A stretch of 64,000 bases of DNA from Clostridiales bacterium. Its GTDB lineage: Bacteria > Bacillota > Clostridia > Christensenellales > CAG-314. The stretch spans positions 2,328 to 66,327 of the forward strand of contig JAFLVL010000001.1 in the NCBI GenBank assembly GCA_022508325.1, read 5' to 3'. Position numbers and translations under genes: made by a program. This document shows, piece after piece, positions 27,243-35,907 of this stretch (its first letter is position 1; each line of letters begins with the position of its first letter). Under the pieces are notes generated by a model. That model searched no databases. It had not been told where the DNA came from and was given only the letters and a program-made list of their open reading frames with translations.

Positions 27243-27487
27243 CGACCACACGCGAGGTGTGGCTTGAACGCAGTCGCTAACGCTTTGTGCTAGCAAGCCT
27301 AATTCCACCTCGGTCGGATTTGGGAGTTGCCCATGACACATGGGCGAATTATTAAAAGCTTTCGCCGGGGAGTAGCATTCCCCGGCATCCCCCGCAAGGT
27401 CGCAAAGGTTAGGTACACGCCCTAACTTTGCGGAAGTTTAGTTTGAACTTTACGACCACACGCGAGGTGTGGCTTGAACGCAGTCGC
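27243..27487 (+). repeat. composite repeat locus: two perfect 35-nt direct repeats flanking a 175-nt element
   Basis: CGACCACACGCGAGGTGTGGCTTGAACGCAGTCGC occurs at 27243-77 and 27453-87. The interior contains the core shared with 7354-7422. Confidence 0.85.
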
Positions 27488-27508
27488 CTACATGTAAAGA
27501 TTACCTCT

Positions 27509-27540
27509 AAAAAAGCCTTTTCTTGCAATAGGCTTTTTTT
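27509..27540. terminator. bidirectional terminator
   Basis: AAAAAAGCCT-loop-AGGCTTTTTTT. Confidence 0.7.
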
Positions 27541-27583
27541 ATTTGTTTGTAAAACTTTTCCGTGATTTCGCGTAAATTAAAGC

Positions 27584-28651
27584 ATGATTACGGCGAAATT
27601 TGGCGGAACGTCCATTACGGCGCGCAACCTCTATCACCTAAAAGAAATAATTACGCCCTTTCACAACTGCGTGGTCGTGAGCGCTGTCGGCAAGGAGCAT
27701 TTTGCCGATACCAAAACGACGGATTTGCTCCGAGAGTATTTTGTGACGCAATCGGAAGGGGTATGGCAACAAATTGGAGATAAATATCGGCTGCTAGTGG
27801 AAGTCAACGGCATAAAAACCGACGTTGAGGAGCTTTTGCGTGACGCCAAGAGCCGCGCGTTGGCTTTCGATATGCCTTACTGCGCTTCGCTCGGAGAGGA
27901 GCTGTCGGCAAAAATCGTTGCAAAATACCTAAACGCGAAATACGTCGAGGCAGAGCAAGTCGTGCGCTTCAAAAAGGGCAAGCTTCAAATGCGACAGACC
28001 TATGCCAATGCGCGAAAAGCTTTCCACGGCGTAAATTTGGGCGTTATAGGCGGATTTTACGGCGGCAAAGACGGTGGAAGAGAAACTTTTTCACGCGGAG
28101 GAAGTGACGTCACGGGCGCAATTCTTGCGGCGGCGCTGAATAGCTCCCTTTACGAAAACTGGACGGACGTCAACGGCGTATGTGTGGCAAATCCCTCGCG
28201 AGTGCATGGCGTAGACACGATTGAGAGTATGAGCTATGACGAAATGTTGCTTTTGTCCAAGTCGGGAGCGGAAGTGTTGCACCCCGATGCCGTCGCCCCA
28301 GTAGAAAAGAAGGGAATACCCATCAAAATCGGAAATTTTTTGAATCCATTCGGCAACAGCACGCTCATCAGTCATTGTCCGTCGCAAAGCAAACTACTGT
28401 CAATTGCGGAAAAACGCCTTGGCGACAAGGTTGTGACGACGGTTCTGCACACCTACGCGCAATGGCAGATAGCGGCAGTTGTCTCGGAATTTTTGCGTTC
28501 ACACAGTCATACGGTTAACTTTTTTGACAGGAGCGCAGAGGTCAGTCAACTCTGCGTGTATGACGTAGAGTTCCAACCGAGTATTGCGCGGCTGACAACA
28601 GACGTTTCTATTCTCAATTCGCTGTATGCTGTGTTGTCGTCAAAATTTTAA
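27584..28651 (+). CDS. aspartate kinase (short form)
   Basis: KFGGTS N-terminus and FSRGGSDVTGAILAAAL. 355 aa. Confidence 0.8.
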   Translation: MITAKFGGTSITARNLYHLKEIITPFHNCVVVSAVGKEHFADTKTTDLLREYFVTQSEGVWQQIGDKYRLLVEVNGIKTDVEELLRDAKSRALAFDMPYCASLGEELSAKIVAKYLNAKYVEAEQVVRFKKGKLQMRQTYANARKAFHGVNLGVIGGFYGGKDGGRETFSRGGSDVTGAILAAALNSSLYENWTDVNGVCVANPSRVHGVDTIESMSYDEMLLLSKSGAEVLHPDAVAPVEKKGIPIKIGNFLNPFGNSTLISHCPSQSKLLSIAEKRLGDKVVTTVLHTYAQWQIAAVVSEFLRSHSHTVNFFDRSAEVSQLCVYDVEFQPSIARLTTDVSILNSLYAVLSSKF

Positions 28652-28728
28652 GTTTGGCTTGCTTGGGTTGACTTATTCTCTTGTATACTATACAATTATA
28701 GAAAGATACCCCAAACAAGGTGCAAATT

Positions 28729-29904
28729 ATGAGGATTTTGGTTATCGGCGGCGGTATGGCAGGTTTGACATATGCAATCGTTGCCGCAAAAAACGGACAC
28801 AACGTCACTTTGGCAGAGCGCAACAGTCGCGTTGGCAAAAAAATTGCCATGACAGGCAACGGCAAGTGTAATATCGGCAACGTCAAGGCAGACGCCGCTT
28901 GTTACAACAAAAGTGCAATAGTCAAGAGTGTTTTGGACGAAATAAGCGTCAACGAATATCGCAGATTTTTGACTAGCTGTGGCATATACACGTATAGCGA
29001 CCCAGACGGCAGAATGTACCCATTGACGGACAACGCCAACAGCGTGGTGGACTGCCTGCGGCACCAATTTTACAAATTCGGTGGCAGAACTTTGGTTGAC
29101 TGCGAGGTTACGAATTACGTCAAGGTGGGCGACAAATATCACGTGACACTCGGCGCGGAGAAGCAGATTTTTGACAGAATCGTGCTTGCCTGCGGCAACA
29201 AAAGCCAGTCCGATCCGCTGAATATCTTCTTTCTCGTGCCGGCGGACGCCTTTACGCCGACTGCGCCATCGCTCGTACCTGTCAAGATTCACAATATGGA
29301 CGGTGCTCTCAACGGTCTCAGGGCAAGAGCCGACGTGTCTTTATATGACGGTATAGTTTTACTCGGCAAGGAGAGTGGTGAGATACAGTTCAAGGATTAC
29401 GGCTTGTCGGGAATATGTGTATTCAATCTGTCGGCAATCATTGCAAGGCGAGAAATTCAGCGCAAGCAAACCAATTATAAATTCGTCGTGGACGCCGTAC
29501 CCTACATCAAAATCTGGGATTTGGAAGAAATTCTGTATAATCGTCTGAAAGCGGGAGAGCAGAAGGAACTCTTTTACGGAATACTCCACAACAAACTAGC
29601 CGAGCACGTCATAAAGAAGTGCAAGGACGTAACCAACGCCTCGGAGCTTGCCTACACGGCGAAAAATTTGCCTTTTGAATTTGACCGTCTGTTGGATTGG
29701 ACGAAAAGCCAAGTTACAGCCGGTGGCATAGACGAACGGTACGTGGATATGAAATCGTTACAGCTCAAAAATGGTGTAGTGGCTCTCGGCGAAATACTCA
29801 ACGTAGACGGCGTATGCGGCGGCAATAATTTGTACTTCGCAGCGGCGTCAGCTCTGTACACCTTTACCAAAGAACAGCGCGAAAATGCCTATTCATTGAC
29901 GTGA
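28729..29904 (+). CDS. HI0933/BaiN-family FAD-dependent oxidoreductase
   Basis: MRILVIGGGMAGL dinucleotide fold and GKKIAMTGNGKCN. ATG 28729 is preferred over the track GTG 28720. Confidence 0.8.
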   Translation: MRILVIGGGMAGLTYAIVAAKNGHNVTLAERNSRVGKKIAMTGNGKCNIGNVKADAACYNKSAIVKSVLDEISVNEYRRFLTSCGIYTYSDPDGRMYPLTDNANSVVDCLRHQFYKFGGRTLVDCEVTNYVKVGDKYHVTLGAEKQIFDRIVLACGNKSQSDPLNIFFLVPADAFTPTAPSLVPVKIHNMDGALNGLRARADVSLYDGIVLLGKESGEIQFKDYGLSGICVFNLSAIIARREIQRKQTNYKFVVDAVPYIKIWDLEEILYNRLKAGEQKELFYGILHNKLAEHVIKKCKDVTNASELAYTAKNLPFEFDRLLDWTKSQVTAGGIDERYVDMKSLQLKNGVVALGEILNVDGVCGGNNLYFAAASALYTFTKEQRENAYSLT

Positions 29905-29990
29905 GGCTCGGGTATTCGTCTTGGGGTTTAGGTGCTATCGCAATGCGCCCCGCCAAACACCCTCGCCTCTATAAGATTTTATCTATAAGA
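29905..29990 (+). repeat. nested-hairpin intergenic repeat, copy C
   Basis: Starts at the first base after the TGA stop (29902-04). GGCTCGGGTATTCG...CAAACACCCTCGCC. Confidence 0.8.
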
Positions 29991-30041
29991 TAGCTTTGTG
30001 AAGATATTGCCACTTGACCATTCCACAAATCAGATAACTGT

Positions 30042-30069
30042 GTAATACTATTTCAGACATAGTATTCTA
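30042..30069. repeat. copy P2 of the palindrome
   Basis: GTAATACTATTTCAGACATAGTATTCTA. Centre is 30 nt upstream of ATG 30085. Confidence 0.75.
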
Positions 30070-30084
30070 AAAAATAACATTTAT

Positions 30085-31665
30085 ATGTCATTTTACATTA
30101 CAAAACCTATCAAAATTGCGCTTGGAGAGGATGTAAATATATCAAACGCCAAAATCGCAAAATTCTTGCGACTACGCGAAAAAGATATAAAAAGCGTACG
30201 CCTTCACAAGCAGAGTATTGACGCGCGCAACAAAAGCGATGTTCATTTCGTATGCTCTTACGTGCTGGAAAGTGACAAAATTCCCCTCAACGCTTCACCA
30301 TATTCAGAGCCAACAGACGTCTTGACGAGTGTTCAGCGTCAAGGCATACGCAAGAAGTGTCTAGTGGTGGGCGCTGGCCCTGCGGGGCTGTTTTGCGCAT
30401 TGTATTTGTGCAAAGTCGGGATCTCGGTTACGGTTATTGAACGCGGTTCGGACGTTGACAAGCGCTCGCAGACTGTCAAAAAATTTTTTGACGGCGGCGA
30501 GTTTGACGAAAAGTGCAATGTCCAATTCGGCTTGGGTGGCGCGGGTACATTTTCCGACGGCAAGCTTACTACAGGCATTTCTTCCCCTTTGACCTATACC
30601 GTCTTTCAACAGCTTTTTCGCTCGGGCGCACCGCAAGATATTCTCACCTCGTCATTACCTCACGTCGGCACGGACAAGCTCACTACGGTAGTTGCGAATC
30701 TGCGCGACGAGATAATCGAAAACGGCGGTGAATTCTTGTTTGACAGGACTGTCGAGGACTTTTTGACGGAAAAGTGCAGAATTATCGGTGTTAAACTCGA
30801 CGACGGCACTACTCTTTACGCAGACTTTGTCGCTTTAGCTTGCGGTCACAGCGCGAGAAATACTTTTTATAAGTTAGCGGACTTGGGCGCGGAAATAACC
30901 TTCAAACCATTTGCCGTAGGTCTTAGAATCGAGCACCCACGTGAATTCATTAACACAGCGCAGTACGGTACGATTGCAGTCACCCACAGAGATTTGCCCG
31001 CCGCAAGTTACAAGCTTGTCCACAACGGCGCAACGCACAGTTGTTACAGCTTTTGCATGTGTCCCGGCGGTGTCGTGGTGGCTGCCAATTCCGAGAATGG
31101 TACCGTCGTTGTCAACGGTATGAGCAATTACAACCGCGACGCGGCAAACAGCAACAGCGCGTTGGTCGTCAACGTCACCGCCGAGGACGTAAACGAATAC
31201 GGTTTCGGTAACGACGCTTTTGCTGGCGTCAGGTTTCAGCAGTATTTGGAAAAGCAGGCGTATAAGCTTTCCGACGGCAACTATCGCGCGCCCTCGCAAA
31301 ACGTCACGGATTTCCTCGCCAATCGCCCGACTAAAAGTTTCGACCTTTCGCCAAGCTATCCGCGAGGAGTTACACCCGTTAATCTTCGCAATTTATTGCC
31401 TCAAACCATATCCGGTACGCTAGCAGAAGGGCTATACGAATTTGACAGAAAAATCAAAGGCTTTGGCGCAAGCGGCGTACTGACAGCGGTGGAGAGCAGA
31501 ACCTCCGCACCTGTTAAAATCTTGCGAAACGAGCTGTTTCAGAGTAATATTGAAGGCTTGTTCCCCATTGGGGAAGGCGCGGGCTACGCGGGCGGCATAG
31601 TGTCGTCGGCAGTAGACGGACTACGCGTGGCGCAAGCAATCATACGGCTCGGGCATTCGTGTTGA
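30085..31665 (+). CDS. FAD-dependent dehydrogenase (COG2509-like)
   Basis: 526-aa ORF with VVGAGPAGLF dinucleotide motif. N-terminal region resembles uncharacterised FAD-dependent dehydrogenases. Confidence 0.75.
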   Translation: MSFYITKPIKIALGEDVNISNAKIAKFLRLREKDIKSVRLHKQSIDARNKSDVHFVCSYVLESDKIPLNASPYSEPTDVLTSVQRQGIRKKCLVVGAGPAGLFCALYLCKVGISVTVIERGSDVDKRSQTVKKFFDGGEFDEKCNVQFGLGGAGTFSDGKLTTGISSPLTYTVFQQLFRSGAPQDILTSSLPHVGTDKLTTVVANLRDEIIENGGEFLFDRTVEDFLTEKCRIIGVKLDDGTTLYADFVALACGHSARNTFYKLADLGAEITFKPFAVGLRIEHPREFINTAQYGTIAVTHRDLPAASYKLVHNGATHSCYSFCMCPGGVVVAANSENGTVVVNGMSNYNRDAANSNSALVVNVTAEDVNEYGFGNDAFAGVRFQQYLEKQAYKLSDGNYRAPSQNVTDFLANRPTKSFDLSPSYPRGVTPVNLRNLLPQTISGTLAEGLYEFDRKIKGFGASGVLTAVESRTSAPVKILRNELFQSNIEGLFPIGEGAGYAGGIVSSAVDGLRVAQAIIRLGHSC

Positions 31666-31794
31666 CGCCTAACGTTTCACGCTCGCTTGAAAACCCTTCG
31701 CCAAAGGTGAAATGTCGTCAATCCGAACACCCTCGCACGCTCTCGAAGGGCACTCGTGCTTGTTGCAGACTGTTTTGTGTCCTGACACACTCGC
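31646..31794 (+). repeat. nested-hairpin repeat copy D (full copy plus 3' half of a second)
   Basis: The 5' arm GGCTCGGGCATTCG encodes the last 6 codons and the stop of the upstream gene. The second partial copy at 31741-31794 resembles the copy E 3' half. Confidence 0.8.
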
Positions 31795-31817
31795 CACCAT
31801 ATAATGTTAGCAGAATA

Positions 31818-31858
31818 CAAAAAAGAACCTGTTAAATTAACACAGGTTCTTTTAGTTT
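31818..31858. terminator. bidirectional terminator
   Basis: A-run, AGAACCTGT-loop-ACAGGTTCT, then a T-run. Confidence 0.75.
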
Positions 31859-31871
31859 ATATTGTCAACGG

Positions 31872-34800
31872 TTAGATTGCGTTGAGCAGTTCGGTGATGA
31901 AGTCGGCAAGCGGCATATCTTTCCAAGCGTATAGGTGGTCGTTCTTTGTTTGCTCTTCATCTTCGGAATAATTTGCGTGTGTGTGTTCCCAATATTGTTT
32001 GGCTGTTGCGCTATTATTCGCAGCAATATAAGTGAAGTATCCCGCCAGCGTGCACTCGTGAATAACTTTCTCAGAGGACAACAAACTTCCTTCGCCTTCG
32101 CATTTGTGGTCGTCGGTCCTGCAGAAAATGATTGCTAACTTGTACTCATCTTCTTCGCTCATATCTTTAATCATTCCGCTGTCCATCAAATCGCCTATGG
32201 TGAGACCTGCCAATATTCCGTCCAGCTCTCCACTCGCCAAGCCGTCCAGCGTCAGGTTAGACATTTTGCTATCCAAGCCTTTGACAACTGAACCGTTATT
32301 ATCGTACCAAATAAAGCCAAAACAGCTGTCGTCGTGGGCTTGCTTGCCGCAAATGAGTTCACCGTCACCGTAGCAACTCTCATTGTGTATGTGGTGAGTA
32401 GTGTCCTTGCAATTTAGTTGCGCGTTGAAATACTTGTTCTTGTGCCAATCCCAAAGGTAGTAGGTCACGTCATTGTTGTTGTCGACACCCTGATATACGT
32501 TAGTTGTACCTTCGAGCGGTATTAGCTCGACGTCGTCGGCTTTTTCCTCACGGTGGTAGCCCATAGCCGTACCTACGTATAATTCGTTGAGTTCATTTGA
32601 CAGATCGCCTATTCTCACGTCGGCAAGTTCGGCTAGCATTGCGTTGTCGCCAAGATTGTCGATTACGTCGCCAAGTTTGGTGTCGTTGACGATAGTTCTC
32701 AGCGTACTGTCGTTAAGGTCGACGAATTGTACGCTTGCCAGTCTGCCCATTACGCCTGTAACAAGACAAATTTCGTCGTGGGTGTGCCCGCCATTACCTT
32801 CTTCGTCAGGTTCACTCTCTTCAAGTCCGCAACTGTACCAATTGTAGCCATAACAGCCGGCATTGTGCGTATGCTGAGCCAGCTCACAGTTTTCGCCGTA
32901 GTTACAGCTCGTGCCGTGCTCGTGCTCGTCCTTTGTGCAGTCGAATTGCGCTAGATACCACTTGTCGCCCTCTTGACGAATAAAGGTGCCGTCACTAGTA
33001 TTTTCCTTAATTCCGTCAATGCCTGTATCAACATAATCTTTGTCGTTTGTAACAACCTTGCGGCTGTATGCGAGAAAATCGCCCAAATACATGCTGTCAA
33101 TCGCGCCTTCCAGTTTGCCAATAGGCGTGTTTTCGATAGCTTTGAGTGAATCGGGCACACTGTCGCCCATGACGTCTTTCAACGTGAAGGACAGGATCGT
33201 ATCGTTCAAGTCGTCCAATTCGGAGACCTTCTCGTTTGCTAGCTTGCCCATCATACCGATCGCAATACAATCGTCAACGTGTTCATGGTCGGTAGTGCTG
33301 TCGCAACTGTACCAAACAAAGCCGTAGCAGGCAACGTCGTGTGTATGCGGATTAATTGCGCAATCTTCACCGTCATTACAGCTCTCGCCATGCTCGTGTT
33401 CGTCCTTTGTGCAGTCGAATTGCGTCAAATACCACTTGCCGCCGTCCAGACGAATAAATGCGCCGCTTGTCTTGTGTTGCATTACGCTGTCAATGCCTGT
33501 CTCGTCGTAATCGTCATTCAACTCGACCTCTTGACGGTGGTATTCTAAGAAGTCGCCGAGATACATTCCTTCAATAGCGTCGTTCAAATCTTTAATTTGC
33601 GTATCTTGAATGCTCTTGAGCATCTCAGGTACGTCTTCGCCCATGACATCTCTCAAGGTGAAGGACATAACCGTTTCGTCCAAACCGTTCAGGTTAGAGA
33701 CCGTCTCATTGGCGAGCTTGCCCATCATGCCTTCGACAATCGAGCAGTCGCCAACGCCGTGACTGTGGTCTTCGCCTTCCACTTTGCAGTCATACCAAGC
33801 GAATACGTAGCAATCTGCATCGTGAACGTGTTCAGAGTCCTCCTCGGTACAAATCAACTTGCCTTCGTACCAATGTGTCTTATCTGTCGAAAGTGCAATA
33901 GTGCCTTTTTCCAGTATTAGCAGGTAATAAATGACGTCGTCGTCCTCGTCGGAGTCTTTCAGTTCTACGATTTTTTCTTCGTCCACGTACTCCAACCCGT
34001 CGATCGGCTTGCGAACGTACTCCAAGAAATCACCGAGGTACATGCTCTTAATTGCTTCGTCGAGGTTGCCGATTTTGGTATTGCCAAGACTTCTTAGCAT
34101 ACTCGGAATATTGGATTCGCCCAGTACGTCCAGTAAAGTCAGGTTCAAAATGGTGTTGTCGATGTCGAGAAGTCCGCCAACGGTGGTGCTGGACAGCGCC
34201 GCCTTGATACCCTCGCTGGGTATCGTACAATCTTCGTCCTCGTACCATATGAAACGGTAGCAACTCGCCGTGTGGTGCTCTGCAAGTTCACAGATTAATT
34301 GGTCGTCTTGATAGCAGTCCGCGCTGTGTTTATGTTCTGTTTCTTCGCAATCAAATTCTGCTAGATACCAGTTGTCGCCGTCCTTTCTTATAACGACGTC
34401 GCCGTTTGTCATTACGTCGTCAATTCCGTCAATAACTTCGAAAGCGTCCAATTCGGTAATTTGCTTGCGCACGAATCCGAAGAACGTGCCCAAATAAATC
34501 TGGTCAATGCCGTCGCTCATCAGCTCGCGTAGCGTCATGTCCTTCAAATTGCCGAAAATGCCGCTTGTATCCTGTCCGTCGAGAATCTCGTGCAGTTTCA
34601 CGTCCATCAACCTGTCAACCAGCGCGTCGGCGTTGCCGCTAGTCAGTTCGCCGATGGTAGAATCGGCAATAGCGGTGTAAAGTCCGCTTGCGCGGTTGTA
34701 GTGTACGCCGTCTTTAATCATATCTTCGTCGGTATTCTCCAACGCCGCGTCTTGCGAATACCAAATAAAGCCGAAGCAGTTCACGTCGTGCGTGTGCTCG

Positions 34801-35897
34801 GACAGACCGCAGGAATAGTTGCCGTCTGCGTCAGGTTCGCCACATTTCTCTACGTGCGCGTGCTCTGTGTACGCGCAGGTCATTCTCGCATCGTAATACT
34901 CGTATTCCCCCTCTTCAATTGCGGGCAGAACGAGGAGGAACTTTTCTTGCTCTCCCTCGACATAGCTCAAAACGGCTCTGTCGCCCTCTTCGTCGAGATA
35001 TTTTTCGGAAAATCCTTCTGTATCACTTTCTTTCAGCTCATTGCGTTGATAACCGAGCAAATCGCCCAAATATACGGCGTTGAGCATATCGTCGGGGTTG
35101 ACGCTGCCGTTATCGTCAATCAAATCGGACAAGGTGTGGCTTCTGAAAATTGCGTTGAGAATTGCGCTATCGTCGCCCAACAATTCTTTCATTTTGAGCA
35201 GTCCCATCGCTTCAAATGCGCCGCCTACCTTAAATTGCAACAAAATATTGCCACCAAACGCGCCCAAAAGCTTGCCAATGCTGGACTGTCCGAACGCCCA
35301 CATAATAGCATTGTCGTCCAATCGATCTCGCGGGAAGATACCGGGCAAAATATCGGAAAGCAATACCAAGTCGAAGACGTACGCGAAGCCTTTATCGCCG
35401 TCGTAAAGCTCCGCCATATTATGTACGGACAGTTTCTCAAGCATTTCTTTTGAAAATAGCCCTTCGCCGTTCTCGTCCTGACTGAACATATTGATAAAGG
35501 AGAAAAATGCGCTGACCTTCACCTGTTGCGCAGCGGATCCCGAGTCGCCGCCCAAAAATTCAAAAATGGGAATTTCGAGAACGTCCTGTGGCACCTCTTT
35601 GCCGCCAAAAAGCTCGTTAGGATTGATATTGTAATGCTCGCAAAATTGCCCTAGCGTAAAGTAGAGCCCATTCTCGTCCGTTATGCCCACCTTTTGCTTA
35701 TACAGGTCGGCAATAGATTTGTACATATCATATAGCGACATATCTGCAAGGTCACCGAGGAATTTGTCGCTGTCGGGGTATATATCGCTAGGGTGAACGA
35801 CGGTAACGGTAATGTATATGGCAAGACCGAGCGCGCCGAATACGAACACGATGCCTATTAAAAATCCCAAGAAAAATGCTAAAATTCTTCTTCCCAT
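31872..35897 (-). CDS. giant membrane-anchored Cys/His-repeat protein, family unknown
   Basis: 1,341 codons from ATG 35897 (GAGG upstream). One N-terminal TM helix and six degenerate modules. See findings. Confidence 0.85.
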   Translation of the reverse strand: MGRRILAFFLGFLIGIVFVFGALGLAIYITVTVVHPSDIYPDSDKFLGDLADMSLYDMYKSIADLYKQKVGITDENGLYFTLGQFCEHYNINPNELFGGKEVPQDVLEIPIFEFLGGDSGSAAQQVKVSAFFSFINMFSQDENGEGLFSKEMLEKLSVHNMAELYDGDKGFAYVFDLVLLSDILPGIFPRDRLDDNAIMWAFGQSSIGKLLGAFGGNILLQFKVGGAFEAMGLLKMKELLGDDSAILNAIFRSHTLSDLIDDNGSVNPDDMLNAVYLGDLLGYQRNELKESDTEGFSEKYLDEEGDRAVLSYVEGEQEKFLLVLPAIEEGEYEYYDARMTCAYTEHAHVEKCGEPDADGNYSCGLSEHTHDVNCFGFIWYSQDAALENTDEDMIKDGVHYNRASGLYTAIADSTIGELTSGNADALVDRLMDVKLHEILDGQDTSGIFGNLKDMTLRELMSDGIDQIYLGTFFGFVRKQITELDAFEVIDGIDDVMTNGDVVIRKDGDNWYLAEFDCEETEHKHSADCYQDDQLICELAEHHTASCYRFIWYEDEDCTIPSEGIKAALSSTTVGGLLDIDNTILNLTLLDVLGESNIPSMLRSLGNTKIGNLDEAIKSMYLGDFLEYVRKPIDGLEYVDEEKIVELKDSDEDDDVIYYLLILEKGTIALSTDKTHWYEGKLICTEEDSEHVHDADCYVFAWYDCKVEGEDHSHGVGDCSIVEGMMGKLANETVSNLNGLDETVMSFTLRDVMGEDVPEMLKSIQDTQIKDLNDAIEGMYLGDFLEYHRQEVELNDDYDETGIDSVMQHKTSGAFIRLDGGKWYLTQFDCTKDEHEHGESCNDGEDCAINPHTHDVACYGFVWYSCDSTTDHEHVDDCIAIGMMGKLANEKVSELDDLNDTILSFTLKDVMGDSVPDSLKAIENTPIGKLEGAIDSMYLGDFLAYSRKVVTNDKDYVDTGIDGIKENTSDGTFIRQEGDKWYLAQFDCTKDEHEHGTSCNYGENCELAQHTHNAGCYGYNWYSCGLEESEPDEEGNGGHTHDEICLVTGVMGRLASVQFVDLNDSTLRTIVNDTKLGDVIDNLGDNAMLAELADVRIGDLSNELNELYVGTAMGYHREEKADDVELIPLEGTTNVYQGVDNNNDVTYYLWDWHKNKYFNAQLNCKDTTHHIHNESCYGDGELICGKQAHDDSCFGFIWYDNNGSVVKGLDSKMSNLTLDGLASGELDGILAGLTIGDLMDSGMIKDMSEEDEYKLAIIFCRTDDHKCEGEGSLLSSEKVIHECTLAGYFTYIAANNSATAKQYWEHTHANYSEDEEQTKNDHLYAWKDMPLADFITELLNAI
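32301..35072 (-). repeat. six degenerate in-frame tandem modules (about 150-190 codons each) inside the giant gene
   Basis: YLGDF-type motif recurs at DNA 35072, 34496, 34040, 33563, 33089 and 32579. Modules 4 and 5 are 84/142 identical in my ungapped hand alignment. Confidence 0.8.
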
Positions 35898-35907
35898 ACC
35901 AATACCT

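Noticed and set aside
27333-27425. A 30-codon basic ORF (MTHGRIIKSFRRGVAFPGIPRKVAKVRYTP) with a GGGAG SD inside the 27.3-kb repeat core.
   Set aside because: The homologous 7.3-kb copy differs by a 52-nt indel, which is not a multiple of 3. The 39-nt identical block is therefore read in a different frame there (MIPTRSQRLGTRPNFAALF). Conservation is at nucleotide or structure level, not peptide level.
27243-27487. A mini CRISPR array, suggested by two identical 35-nt repeats with an internal palindrome.
   Set aside because: There are only two repeats, they are separated by 175 nt (far longer than a spacer), there are no cas genes, and the repeat is related to the dispersed REP/MITE-like family.
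27240-27583. Lysine riboswitch (L-box) upstream of the aspartokinase gene.
   Set aside because: Only a vague GAGGTG..TTGAA resemblance. The conserved CCGAAG and ACTGTCA elements and the five-helix arrangement are absent. The GAGGTG segment is part of a 35-nt direct repeat.
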